Assembly (NCBI GenBank): GCA_965153285.1
Contig: OZ229110.1
Source of the DNA: Podarcis tiliguerta
Taxonomy: Eukaryota
Length of the DNA stretch: 64,000 bases
Direction: 5' to 3' (one strand)
Shown: one piece after another, positions 12,955 to 27,660 of the stretch
Numbering within the stretch: the stretch's first letter is position 1
Layout of the letters: each line of letters begins with the position of its first letter
Notes under the pieces: generated by a model
What the model saw: the letters and a program-made list of their open reading frames with translations, nothing else
Databases searched by the model: none
What the model was told of the DNA's origin: nothing
Translations under genes and position numbers: made by a program

Positions 12955-13915
12955 CTTCTTCGCCGCCTCTATTGCATCTACAGAAAACAGAAGGAGGAGA
13001 CTCTTTCAGGTGGTTCGCAATTTAGTGGAACCACCTGCTCCATCGGGGCCCAGTACAGGCCACAAGATCTCCTGCAATGATTATGCAAAGTTTTTTGCAG
13101 ATAAAGTTGCTCAGATTCGGGAAGAGTTAGACTCCACCGTGGGAGCAGGGCCGGGGCGGGAGAGTGCTAGAGCATAGCGGTCAATGTTTCCCTTTTTTAA
13201 AGGGAAATTCCCTTATTCCGAATAGGATTCCTTGCAAGAAAATGGAAAAGTTGACAGCTACGGTGCTAGAGTCCTGTCTAGTCAAGTTGTGTGGGATCAA
13301 TTCCACCTCTGAGGATGTGGACAGGCTGCTTGGATGAGTGAAACCAACTACCTGTCTCATTGATCCTTGCCCATCCTGGCTTATAAAAGCTAGCTGGGAA
13401 GGGCTGGGCAATGGGCTTCGCGGGGTGCTTCTCTCTGTGAGGGAGCCTTCCCAGACACGCTGAAAGAGGCGGTTATCAAATCGCTTCTTAAAAAACCATC
13501 TTTAGATGCAGCCAATATGGCCAATTATCACTCAGTGCTGACCTTTAAAGCCGTAAACGGCCTTGGCCCAGTATACCTGAAGGAGCGTCTCCACTCCCAT
13601 CGTTCAGCCCGGGCACTGAGGTTCAGCACTGAGGGCCTTCTGGTGGTTCCCTCACTGTAACTGAGGTTACAGGGAACCAGGCAGAGGGCCTTCTCAATAG
13701 TAGCAACTGCCCTGTGGAACTCCCTCCCACCAGGTGTCAAAGAGAACAACAACTACCAGACTTTTAGAAGACATCTGAAGGCAGCCCTGTTTAGGGAAGC
13801 TTTTAATGTTTGACAGACTATTGTATTTTAATATTTAATATTTTGTTGGAAGATGCCCAGAGTGGCTGGGGAAATCCAGCCAGATGGGTGGGGTATAAAT
13901 AATAAATTATTAAAA
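12955..13915 (+). mobile_element. L2-clade LINE fragment, internally deleted, with 3' end
   Basis: Decayed ORF2 motifs FFAASIAS, FFADKVAQIR, DPCPSWLIK, VLTFKA..GLGP.YL; 3' end gcccagagtggctgggg...ggtataaataataaatt. Confidence 0.8.
13173..13262. mobile_element. 90-bp MITE nested in the L2 fragment
   Basis: TIR catagcggtcaa / ttgacagctacg; direct repeat gtgctagag at 13164-13172 and 13263-13271. Confidence 0.8.
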
Positions 13916-14631
13916 AATTACCATTATGAAACGAACCTCAAATGACTGGGCACTCTGCACTCCAGAAGAGCACAGACTCTTTCAGCTTGAAATATCTCAT
14001 TGGCTTGTATCATCGGAGAGGAATCATCAAAAAATTCCTGCATTGCTAAATGGGATAAGGGATGAAGAGCAACAAATAATGGCTGCACATGGAAAGGAGC
14101 TTTGTTTGATACTGGTGTTGCAAAACTTTTAGTCTGCAAAACTGTTAGTAATGGAAAACCTACCCCTTTGCATGAATATTTTTCAAATGTTGATGCCAAG
14201 AATAAGAGCACAAGAACAGTAATGGCGAAAAGAAGCCTCAAATTCCTTATTAAGATATATCAATGGTCTTTTTGTGGGACTCAGCATTAGCTTCATATTT
14301 TAGAGTTCAGGGAATCACCTGATTTTCTTGGATTTATCTGTAGCAGGCCTAATTTTAGAAGGAAATATGTAAAGCAGCTGACATTTTCCAACATCATTAC
14401 CATTACCAAAATCACCATTACACAAGAAGGAAGATTCACAGACTTGTCAAGGCCCCATCTTGGGGTAAAATCCTTTCTTGTCTATGACCTGTGGTCCTAG
14501 TTTAGATTTCACTTTCTCACATCCTGCCACAGGCCTGGAAGCTACTTTGGATTTCCCCGCACTCTTGTGGCATTCTCACAAGCAAGTCTGGGTTCTCCCA
14601 CTGGGACCTAGTTCAGGTAGTTGTTACCACC

Positions 14632-14632
<1 letters not shown>

Positions 14633-14692
<60 letters not shown>
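14633..14692. repeat. (CTTT)n microsatellite
   Basis: Direct read. Confidence 0.97.
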
Positions 14693-14696
<4 letters not shown>

Positions 14697-15017
14697 TGTG
14701 TGTGGATTCCTGGGGGATGGTCCCCATGAAAGCCAATAATAATTCTGGCATAAGCACATGGCCACCTTCCTCCTCCCAACACTTCTCTGTAAATGTATCA
14801 TGTGTGTGTCACGCTTTGAGGAGTTACACAACTTACAGCCAGAAAGCTTTACACAGCCTAAGGAAAAAGAAATAAGATTCTTTAGAGTGCAAGCAGTAAC
14901 TCTTCAGACTTGCTCTGCTTATTGTCCCAGACTTCCCTCCCTTTCAATAGAGATGGACTGGTCCTTTTGTGCCCCATCCATGTTCTTCCCCGAGGTGTTG
15001 CTGTTGAAAACAGAGTA

Positions 15018-15258
15018 CAGTGGTACCTTGGTTCCCTAATGGCTTAGTTGTCGAACAAATCGTCTCCCAAACGCTGCAAACCTGGAAATAAGTGTTCTGG
15101 TTTTTGAATGTTTTTCGGAAGCCGAACATCCGATGCAGCTTCGCTTGAGTGCAGGAAGCTCCTGCAGCCAATCGGATGCCGTGCCTTGCTTTTCGAATGG
15201 TTTCAGGAGTCGAACAGACTCATGGAACAGATTAAGTTCGAGAACCAAGGTACGACTG
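15018..15258. mobile_element. pogo/Tigger-like MITE (CAGTGGTACC TIR)
   Basis: ta|cagtggtaccttggttc ... gaaccaaggtacgactg|ta. Confidence 0.88.
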
Positions 15259-16423
15259 TACTGGATTACATGGTCTACTCCAGCAGTTCTGTTTGTACCA
15301 TCTGGTATTCAAATGTGCCCTGCCAACCAGAGACAATGAGGCATAACGGGATTGGGTCTCTGTTGCCTTGTGCTTCAGCCTCCCAGCAAACCCCAGCAGA
15401 AGGAAGGAGGAAGAGGCTGCTGATAAATCTGAGGCTATCAGATTTACTCAGAAGTTCAGAACAACCACGTTGCCCTCCCTCCCTCCCTCAAACTGCTTTG
15501 AAGGCTTGTTTTCTACCATTTTTCCCTACCATGCACCCTTTGTGAACATGTCCTTCCACCTGCTGCCTGTCTTGAATTCTTGTCTCTTAGCTTCTTTTGG
15601 CTGCCATAGGCTTCATTCCACCTAGAATTTAAGCTGGCCCACGCATCCATGTATGCATCACTTGTCACCTCTTATTTGCTTAGCATTTAGCAACTCTCAA
15701 CCAATTGCATGTACTCCCTCTACTAAATAATATTAAGTTTGACTTGACATTGGCCAGGGGTGGTCCTACCGCTGGGTAGAGTGAGGCAAGCGCCTCAGGT
15801 GGCAGCAGTTGACAATCTCCCAGACATTCTTCTTGAGACCACTGGCCATTCCCCTCTGCTGGAGAGCAAATCTATGTACACCACAGGCCCATCACATACT
15901 TCCTGGCTGCCAAGTGCACTGGAAATCCCACTGCCAGTGTTGAAGTAAGATTCAACTGCCTGTCCAGTCATGTAATGGGAGAGGGGGCATCGTGTCCATT
16001 GTCCCAGGCTCTTTCATTAGAGGGTTGAGAGACCACAGGCCAAGTCCTCACACAGGCATGAAGTTTGAGCTTGGCTCAGTCACTGATTCCCATCCTAATG
16101 TACCTTACAGGGTTGTTGCAAGGATAACATGTGGTTGTGGAGAACCATGTAGACTACCTTAAGTTCCTTGGAGGATAAAGGTGAGACGGAAATGAAATAC
16201 AACATGTTAAGACAAGCTGTATTTTTTTTAACCTCAAACCTACGTCTGCTGAATAGCTTGCTACTTTAAAAAAACAACAACATTTGCCTGGTTTTTATAT
16301 AAAGTCGAACACATGGAGTGTTGTGGGGGAGCAAAATCTGCTTTGCCTCATCACACAGATCCTTTAAGCTGGTATCAGAGTAGGACTGGGGTGGGGAGGG
16401 GGGCTTTTTACGGCACTGAAGTA

Positions 16424-16666
16424 CAGTAGTACCTTGGGTTACAGACGCTTCAGGTTACAGACGCTTCAGGTTACACACTCCGCTAACCCAGAAATAGTGC
16501 TTCAGGTTAAGAACTTTGCTTCAGGATAAGAACAGAAATCAGGTTCCGGTGGCGCGGCACCAGCAGGAGGCCCCATTAAGCTAAAGTGCTGCTTCAGGTT
16601 AAGAACAGTTTCAGGTTAAGAACGGACCTCCAGAACGAATTAAGTTCTTAACCTAAGGTACCACTG
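16424..16666 (+). mobile_element. pogo/Tigger-like MITE, family B, copy 1
   Basis: ta|cagtagtaccttgggtta ... aacctaaggtaccactg|ta; same internal sequence as copies at 26702, 50097 and 58916. Confidence 0.9.
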
Positions 16667-16845
16667 TATAGTGAGGTTTGTCTCTGAATACCAGTTGCTG
16701 GGAATCACACATGGAGAGAGTGCTGTTGCACTCATGTCCTACTTGTAGGCTTTCTATAGAATTCTGATTGGCTCTCAAATTTCAGTGGCACCATGTGCAA
16801 TGCTAAAATTTGGTGCCCCCCATATCTCACACTCTGTTCTACAGC

Positions 16846-17320
16846 TGTCAAGGACTGGACTGAGGAGTAATGGTGGAATCCCCACACCTGCACCTCCCAG
16901 AGAAGAGGAAGACAGTATAGATTGACAACAGTGGTTTGCAGAAGGTCATGGCTCTGAGACAGAAGAGGGGCAAAGCTGGGAGAGAATGGGAGAAGAGGAG
17001 GGGGGGGAGCAGCAGGCTGACACGTTATCATTAGAAAGCATTCCAAACCCCGCTTTTCCCAGGACCCGGAGAACAGTGAAAGTGGTGGAGCAGAAAACTA
17101 AAAGGCAAATGGCCTTAAGCAGCCACCGGAAGGGTGCTATTGACAACTGAGAGGGAAGGGGGGCGGGGACATTACTTGGAGCAACGCCATTACCCCAAGA
17201 GGCGACATTTTTAAGCGTCTCTCTGTGAACATTGAATAAAAGACATTGGTAAGAGCTTCTTCTCTCTATTACCGGCAGCCTGCCGTGAGGGGGAGGGATC
17301 AGATTTCCTGAAGCCTGACA
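16846..17320 (+). mobile_element. Solo LTR (Gypsy-like), nested in an older DNA element (~16780-17398)
   Basis: TGTCAAGG...CCTGACA termini; 5-bp TSD acagc at 16841-16845 and 17321-17325; AATAAA at 17235-17240. Confidence 0.82.
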
Positions 17321-20300
17321 ACAGCACTGTTGTGGCACCCCCTGCAACATGGGGCCCAGTGTGGCCAAACAGGCAGCGCTACCCTAAAACTGCCTCTGAT
17401 TGGCTGGATTCAGCAGGGATGGGAGGGAGCAGATTTTTCTCTCCTCACCTGCATTCTTCTTTGAGATAAAAAGCACCTACACTTCTGTTTGATAGTTAAA
17501 CAGGTGGGCAGATGCTGAATACACACACATGCCTAGTTGACCTGCTTAGGGTCCCTCCTTTCTGGGGATGGATTTGCAGATCTGAAGTCAGCATGCCAGC
17601 ATGCCCAGCACAACATTGATCCGTCATTTGTCATTGCCTCAATAAAGTATGGTTTTAGCTCATTGTCAGTTGCTTACAAAAACAAGGATGAAACAGCTTG
17701 TATTTTCACGAGCAACTGTTGCTCTCTGCGGAGACCGATATGGATGCCAACCAACCAATAAGTTGCTCTCTTTATAAAATGCCTTTAAAAACTAACCGTG
17801 AAAGTGATATAAGGAGTTGTTCATGTCACCAGGCACCACAACATTATTGGCAGTGTATTTATTTATTTTATTTGTAGCTATTAATTTTCAGGGCTCAAGT
17901 CACTCCATTTTGAAGACAGAGACAGAAAGTGACATACACATCCATTAAAGAGCTCTCAAAAGAAACCTCCCAGAAATAAATGTACATGGCTACATTTATG
18001 GGGAGGTAGACAAAAATAAGATGGTGGGTCAGGGGAGGGAAATGAAGAAGATAAATCAACAACCCCATATGTCAATAACTCTTTGTATCCTGGATCATCT
18101 TTGTCCCCAGCATGGTCCTTTGGGGGAAGTTATGCCAGGAAGATCTCCAGCAGGTGTGGTTTTGTGTGGTGGGCTTCTGCCAGAAGGTGATATTTGCCCT
18201 GATGAGGCTCTTCTCAGCTTGTGGGAAGATGTGCCACATCTTAACACCTTCCAGCCCACCGGATTTGGGGTTTGGACCAGACCTTAAGAAAATAAATCAG
18301 CAAACCACATCCATGACCCCCAGAGAAACTCTGTGGATTATTATCCTACCTGAATATGATAAAGTGTAGTTTCATAAAGGTGTTGAGCTCAGGAATTAAA
18401 AAAAAAAACAGAAAAGAAAGACCTGGGGTGTGTTTTTCTAAGTAACCATCAATCACTGAGATACGATCTACTGCTGGAAAAGCTGGCGGTGTCACTAGTA
18501 TACACTGAAGAATTCATTGCTAATGATGAGTTGATTTCCCATTATTGTGGTAACATCAAACGTGACAACTGATTCATTTGTTATGTTGCTGACATCAGTG
18601 TGTAAAAATTCAGTTGTGCTGCAGACTTACCAGTGGTTGCGCATGCTGTGCTTTGCATGCTGTTGCAGTTACCAAGCCTTTGACATTCCTGTCTAAGCCA
18701 GATATGACTCTCCCTGAAGTAACTGAACTTTTAATAAGAGTAATGATTGTGGAGGGGGGAGAGGGACCCGGGATGCTGTGATGTCTTACAGTGTAACTGG
18801 TTTGTTGTGCCAGGAGCTTTTTTAAGGAGAAGCCTGCTTTAGCACAAGTATGTGAAAATACAATTTAAAATCATGCAGCCCCTAGCATCACACATTAGAA
18901 GAGGCAGAAAAATTGTTGTGGTCCATCAAGACCCTCAGCAATTTTCAAGTGGTCCATGAGTGAAAAAGTTTAGAAGCCACTGTGCCAAAGGGTTGTCACC
19001 TTATGTGTGGTTTTATGCAGCGGCAGTCCTACCATGAAGGAGAGTGAGATGGTCACTGCAAGTAGCTGATTCTGGGTGTCATGAAACAGCAATGAAATAT
19101 TATTATTGTATTTTTTACGTTGGGGAGGGAGGGAAAGGTGCTTGTGGAATTTCCTACCTCAGATGCCAAAATAACTCAGCTGGCCTGGTCTTGTAACAGT
19201 GTGCTGTGCATTGTTATCACCACAGCAGTTACGCAGTGTCAGGAAAGAAGGGCAGACTAACAGAGCTGTGTGTCCAATCGTGCTTTATGAATTACTAGAT
19301 CACCAACATAGAGAGGTTTGTGAGAATACATGGAATTACTGTACAGTGCATCAAATGCCCTTTGAATGCTGCAGAAAGGGGCTGTCTTTGGTCTTTTACC
19401 CATGTCATAGCACCCTTTCTAGTGAAACACCATTGCTAATATTGCATGAAATTCACAGATGGCTGGAAGGGAAAGGGAAAGGAGAAGTGAGGTTCTTGCT
19501 TCCCCTTAAGAAGTGCTCTGTACCAGCTGAGATGATCGCACTGGCCATCTGTTCAGGGTCATGGGCTGCAGGAGCACAGCACACTCACCTCTGGGTGCAA
19601 GGTAGGGAGTCCAAGAGAGAAGCCAAACCCATTTTCAATCAAGGAAGATCTGGAAGCCAGTCTCTGTTGGATTTCAAGAGTAGGTGCCAGAGGGGCAGAC
19701 AAGTGTGAGGGAACAGCTAGTGAGCTGTGAAGGTTCAGTTGGGGGAAGCCAATGGGTGGAGAGGGACTGGGGAAAGCTGCACTGGGGGCATGGTGGAGGC
19801 AGGCAGCTGGGTGGGAGAGAGGCAGCATGAATGGAAGGGGGTTGCCATACAGTCTGTCTCATTTTGCCACCTGAGACTTCCAGGTTCTGGCAAAGTCTTG
19901 CAAGAGGCAGGGTTCTCACCAGAAGCCACTGCCGCCATTTCTTCTCACTTCTCCAGTGGTGGTGGGGCGCCTGTGGCAATGCTGGAGAACCGGTTGTGGC
20001 GACAGCTTCCAGTGAGATCTTGCAAAAGCCCTACAAGATCTCGCCGGAACCCGGAAGCTGCCCCTTCTCCTTTCTTCTCTGGCAGTAGCTGCGGGCGATC
20101 CATTGGGGGGTTGAATCTGCTGTCCCTGTGGATCTTGCAGCCTGAAGCAGACTGCTTCATGTTGCTTCATTCAAAGGCCAGCTCTGTTGCCATAGGTGCA
20201 TGGTGCCAGAGAGATAGTCACGGTGACTGGCTATGGGGCTGGGGGCATGCCAAGGGCTGTAGTGGTCAAGTGGGCTGGCAGGAATCGGAGCCTGAAGAAC

Positions 20301-20439
20301 TCCTTGGCTATGCGGCTCCAAGCAGTGATGCCCTGGGGGGTCCTCACCCTCCTGCCCTGTACCAGGACCATCATTGCCATGCTCCTTGAGTTTCGTGACA
20401 CTGTAGAGCACCCTTAAATCCATTTCTCCCAAGGGGCTC

Positions 20440-22090
<1,651 letters not shown>

Positions 22091-25000
22091 ACCTCTGCCC
22101 AGGTAACCTCTCCTAAAGAGGTAATGCTTATTGAGCTCTAAAGTACGTATTATTTGCGTAGGAGAGTATCGGCATCTGCTTGAGGGCATATAAGTAGGAA
22201 AATACTTTGTGATAAAGTGGAAGCCGCTGCTTAAAAGGAAACGGAGGGGGGAAAAGGCCGAACACTTATATAAAAAAAGCCCTTGATGCAATGTTTATTT
22301 AAGGTTTTCAGCCTTGATGTAATGTTTGCTTAAGGCTCTGAATGGATGAGGAGATTGACTGCTCTTGTTCCGCGTACCCAAGCCCTGTAGGGCAGGAGGA
22401 CCTTGAATTGAAGTGTGCCTTCCACGTTTATGTGTTAAAGTGGGAGGAAAATGGTCTCTTGCCAAAGTAACAATTTCAGGATGTCTTTTGTGTGTATTTT
22501 ATTTTTATTATTTGTTTCAGAACATTCATATGCTCCTTGGTTGCAGTAAAACCTCAAAGGAGCTAGCAAAATATCTGTGTGCATATGTTGAGGGTAAACT
22601 AGGAACAGGAAATAAAATTCTTGTTATATAGGCAGTATAAGGCAGGTGAAGTTACGTTGCCGTAGAGGGGATGGGAAGGAGGGTGGTGGTCTGGTGGTTG
22701 TGCACAGAAAAGCTGAGTTTCAGCTAAGGTGACCTTGCATTGTTGGGAATTGTTAATGCTTGGGAAGCATGATTTGTATATGCTTGGAAGAGGTAGTAGA
22801 AATATTAGATTCTGTGTCGTATTTAGCTCATTTTGCAATAGATGGATATGGAAAAGACAGGTTGATTCTGTGCATCTTTGCACTTGGAGCACAAAATTTG
22901 TGACTACTAGTTCAGGGCAGCCATCAGGCACTTCATACTATTTGCATATGTCTTTCACTGTCTCTAACTCAACTGGCATATTAATGACGAATTCCACAGC
23001 CCCATTGAAAGATAAATTGAAGCCTATTGCTTGCACGGCCGCATTCTGAAGATGGGAAAACTGTTAGATTAGTTCATGGAATGTATAAAATGCACCCCCA
23101 AACTTGTCTTTATCTAGGATTTGAAATAATGAACTTCTGTTTAAGCCTGCAAGACTATGCAATTTTTACTGGGTCAATTCCATTTAACACAGTGGTACTT
23201 ACTTTTGAGTAAGCACACTCAGAATTGAAATGTATCTGACGGTTGCTGTGTTGTGACTCTCTTCTGATTTCATTTTGACTGACGGAGAAAAAAATGGAAG
23301 CCAAAGTGCAACTATAAAAGTATCCATTTACAGCCCTGCTTTGAGTTAAAGGGCTGTTTATGGTCATCTACACATAATGTTGGGTTTGTTCATCAGTTTG
23401 AATGTCTGCTGTCTTCTACTGCTGTTGCATGGTAGCAAAGATCTGAATAGCTTGCCTTTTCTGAAATGCTGGGTTTAGAATAATTGTAATCCCATTTTGT
23501 GTGGCTTATTGGTGGATATTTGCCAGTGGATGGAGATAATTAGTTTATCCCTGCATGGCTGAAGCTACAGTTGACAGATTACCATTCAGACTTTGTATAG
23601 TTTCCATAGATAGTACTGTCTGGATGCTGACTATGGCTATATATCCCCCTGTGTAGTTTTACATTCCAGAGGGGTGGGCATGTCAGTCTGCTGTGGCCAA
23701 AACAACTTTGGTTTTATGGCACCATAAAGGCTAGCAGGGATGCAAGCTTTTGTGGGCTAGATGCATCACTTGGTTTCCAAAGTTGGTTTTTGATACAGTG
23801 AGGCCAAACGAGTACATAGAATCATACTCCAAAATTTAGTGCAGTAAGCCTCCACTGTTGTGCCATTAAAATATCTAAATCTACATACCTGCATTTAGCA
23901 AAGTACATGTGACTTTAGATGAGATCAGAGCAGCTGGATTTAACGACTGACTTTAAATTCCTGATGCTGATGAGCTGATACTGCTCATTAGATTTCACTC
24001 GGGCAACACAGCGTCAAAAGCAGTCTGAGTTGCTTTCTAGATAGAAATGAGGAATAAGTGAGCTATTCTGTATCTTATTTTTTTTAATGGTGAGCTAAAA
24101 TGTGTGTATTGGGTTTCCGAATATGCTCTAATCAGCTATGTGAAGATTTCCCGAAAGTTTTGTTCAGGCAAACATCTTAATTGACTTCAAATAAGTTTTG
24201 CTCACCATAGCCAATTAAAGTACTCTAAACTCAGTTTGCTTTGTCTAGGCTTGAGGCAAAATAGAACATTTCTAGTTCTACTTTTGATGTAACTTGCATA
24301 GCACTTAGTGCAAGTTGACGTGTGATTTCATGTTGCTGTGGTACAAGGGGAACATACGCAGTGGCAAAATGTTCTACTTTGCTCTTGGGCAATGCTTAGT
24401 AAGGCTGCTGCTTTCATTGCATGTGAAACCCTGTGAGTAATGATAAAGGTCTGATATAACGTGCTAGTGAATCCTCAGATGTACTTGCACAACCTTTGCC
24501 ATCTACAGTGGGATTTGGGGGGCTTAACCTAGGTGCTCGGCTGCAGGAGTATCATGGCTTTCATAAAGCCCTGTGCCTTGAAATTGCTTTGCAGTGCATA
24601 CAGAACTCTCTTCTGAAAGCTGGCTGCTGTGAAAGTGCAGCTGTGCTTGCATTGGTGGCAGTCTTTGTCCACACTGCATAGTAGTAGCACAACTGTACCT
24701 GTCATCAGCAACTGCCTTTTATAGCAATGCATCACTATGGACTAAAGCTACACAAGCTGAGTGTTGTATTGTGACTACTCAGCCAAGCTTATTTTACAAA
24801 TGCCTTCACCCTCTGCTGCAGCAATCAAAACTGACTTTCTTAAACGTTGTAAGGTTAGTTAGCCTGGACAGTGGCTTCATAGTAACAGCAGAAAAATCTA
24901 GATCATTTTTTTTGGGGGGGGGGTGTTCATGGTACCCTTAATCATGCCAAGCATTTCACAATGCATTCATTGTCCAAGTAGCAAGTCTCTTCATAATTGA

Positions 25001-26606
25001 TTCTGTAACCACTATAAACATTCATTTAGTTCTTCTAACTGTAAGCCAGGGTCTCTCCGGGGCTAGATAAAGTTATCATTACTGTACAAACTAACCCCAG
25101 TTCCTTTCTGTAGCAAGAGATGGGAGGGGAGGGAGGAAAGAGACACTGTCATCTTTCTGGCAGGGAAGACAAGAATGAACTAATTGTGTGAAACATCCCA
25201 GGAGTGTATAAAACTTGGCACTTGCTGAGCGGTGTCCAGATCCACAGTTTGACCTCTTAACAGTGCAAAGAGTGTCTTGCCATTGGGAGTAGATGTAGCT
25301 TGCTGCTGGATTCAGAGGCAGGTGTTGTTTTAGGTTTTAATATATGAAACTTTGCGTCAACTGCAGATTTTCATTGCTGCCATGCTCCTGTGCAGCATTC
25401 CACTACGAGTGTATCAGTGCCACATCCTCATCTTCTAGCCTGTCCTGGTCATACTAGACTGAAGTTCTCGTTCATTTTTTGTTATGGATTGAAGCAGCAA
25501 GATGATGAAATGTGAATAAATGAAATTCATATAGTCATAGCTGCAACAAACAGCAGCTTCCATTGCTTTATGTATTTATTTATTAAAATAATTATATTTC
25601 ACTATTCGTTTAAAAATGTCAGTGGCTTTCAGCAATTGTGCATGGCACCATACAACAACTATATGAGAAGTTAAAATCAGAAATCAGCTAACTATTGTGG
25701 AAAGATTGCCTGCATGAGCCTGATGAAATAGAAAAGTTTTCAGCAGGCATTTAAAACTTGGCTCAGAACGCACCCACTGAATCTCTTTTGGCAGAGTATT
25801 CTATAGGACTGGGCTGATGACACCACTAATGGTTTGGTTTCTTGTTGTTGTCAAATGAGCCTTGCCAACTCTTGGAGCAACTAACAATGCTCCTGCAGGA
25901 TAATCTCAGTGATTGATTAGTGCTTAATTGTTGGAGCAGTAAGGAAAAGTACTAGCAGCATCACTTGGCTTAGCTTTATCTGTTTAAAGTTAATATAGCA
26001 CTTAGTTCATAGCATGCTCTTTCGGCATGCAGGAGATCTCTACACCCTCCAGATTCAACTCACATCATTCCTGACTATTGCTCATACTGGCTGGGAGTTG
26101 TAGTTCAAAGCATTTGAAGGGCACCTTGTTGGGGAAGGCTTCTGTAGGCGTAGGTCATTGATCATATTCAGTTCCACAGGTGCAGTAATTGATTGCACTT
26201 GAGACTTTGGGCACTCCCGCTGGATCTGCATAACATTTCTCATAAGAGGTGCAGCTACTTCTGCAGTAAGTGGTATAGATCCTTTGAACTCTGTAATTTC
26301 CAAATTGGTTACACCACTGACATACTGTAAGAAATTAAGCCTGGAATTCAATGCACTCTTACTTGGGAGGCAAGCTTCACTGAGTGAAGTAGGATTTATG
26401 TCTGAGTAAATGTGCTTTTCTCCTGAGTTCAAAATACCCCACCCAAAAAGGAAATTGTGCTCTTTGTGGCTGCAAAGATCCTGACTGGAATAAGGGATGA
26501 AACTGACCTAAAGCAATGACTTAGAAGGAAATCCAGGAAATAGATTTCTCCAAAGGCAAATACTTCCAAGAGAGACAGATATCTGCAATGGGGAGGCAGT
26601 TTCCTT

Positions 26607-27220
26607 CAGAAAAGGCCAGCCAAAATGATAAGGGGGTGGAGCAACCCCACTTTGAGGAAAGGGTGCAGCATTTGGGGCTTTTCAGTTTAGACAGAAGTGT
26701 ACAGTGGTACCTCGGGTTAAGAACTTAATTCATTCCGGAGGTCCGTTCTTAACCTGAAGCACCACTTTAGCTAATGGGGCCTCCTCCTGCCGCTGTGCAG
26801 CTGCTGTGCGACTTCTGTTCTCAGCCTGAAGCAAAGTTCTTAACCCGAGGTACTATTTCTGGGTTAGCGGAGTCTGTAACCTGAAGCGTCTGTAACCCGA
26901 GGTACCACTGTATAGAATTCTGCATCGCATGAAGAAGCTTTTCTCCCTCTCTCCTAACAGTAGAACTCATGGGGGGCATCTAGTGAAGCTGAATGTCGGA
27001 AGATTCAGGGCAGGTAGAAGAAAGTACTTCTTCACACAGCACATAGTTAAACTGTGGAACTCACTTCCACAGGATGCAGTGGTGGCCACCAACATGGATG
27101 GCTTTAAAAGAAGACTGGACAAATTCATGGAGGATAGGGCTAGTTACTAGCTATACTTTGGAGGCAGCAATGCTTCTGAATACCATTTGCTGGAAACCAC
27201 TTGTGCTCAGGTCCTGCTAG
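26607..27220 (+). mobile_element. CR1 LINE 3' fragment, split by a MITE
   Basis: RTHGGHLVKL..GRFR..RRKYFFTQHIVKLWNSLPQDAV...FKRRLDKFM is the CR1 ORF2 C-terminus. Confidence 0.85.
26702..26910 (-). mobile_element. pogo/Tigger-like MITE, family B, copy 2
   Basis: ta|cagtggtacctcgggtta ... taacccgaggtaccactg|ta, perfect TIRs. Confidence 0.92.
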
Positions 27221-27299
27221 TGCCAATGCAGATAAAGTCCATCTTTATTATACCCATATTGCAGAAGGTGGGGCTTTGCAGTTGCTGTCCTTACTGCAG

Positions 27300-27660
27300 A
27301 AAGATGTCAAGTCCCACAGGGCCCTAGTCTCTTGTGACAGAGCATTCTGCCAGATTGGAGCCACAGGCGAAAAAGCCCTGGCTCTGGTTGAGGCCAGCCT
27401 AACCTCTCTGTGGCCTGGGACCTTCAAGATGTTTTTGTTTAAAGACCGTAAGTTTCTCTGTGGGACATACCAGGAGAGGCGGTCCCGTAGGTACGAGGGG
27501 CCTAGGCCGTATAGCGGTTTAAAGGTTAAAACCAGCACCTTAAACCTGATCCTGTACTCCACCGGGAGCCAGTGCAGCTGGTATAGCACCGGGTGAATGT
27601 GATCCCGCAGTGAGGACCCTGTAAGGAGTTTCGCAGTGGCATTCTGCACCCGCTGGAGTG
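27300..27660 (-). mobile_element. L2-clade LINE ORF2 C-terminal fragment
   Basis: QNATAKLLTG..RDHIHPVLYQLHWLPVEYRIRFKVLVLTFK..GLGPSYLRDRL (track ORF 27248..27649). Confidence 0.87.
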
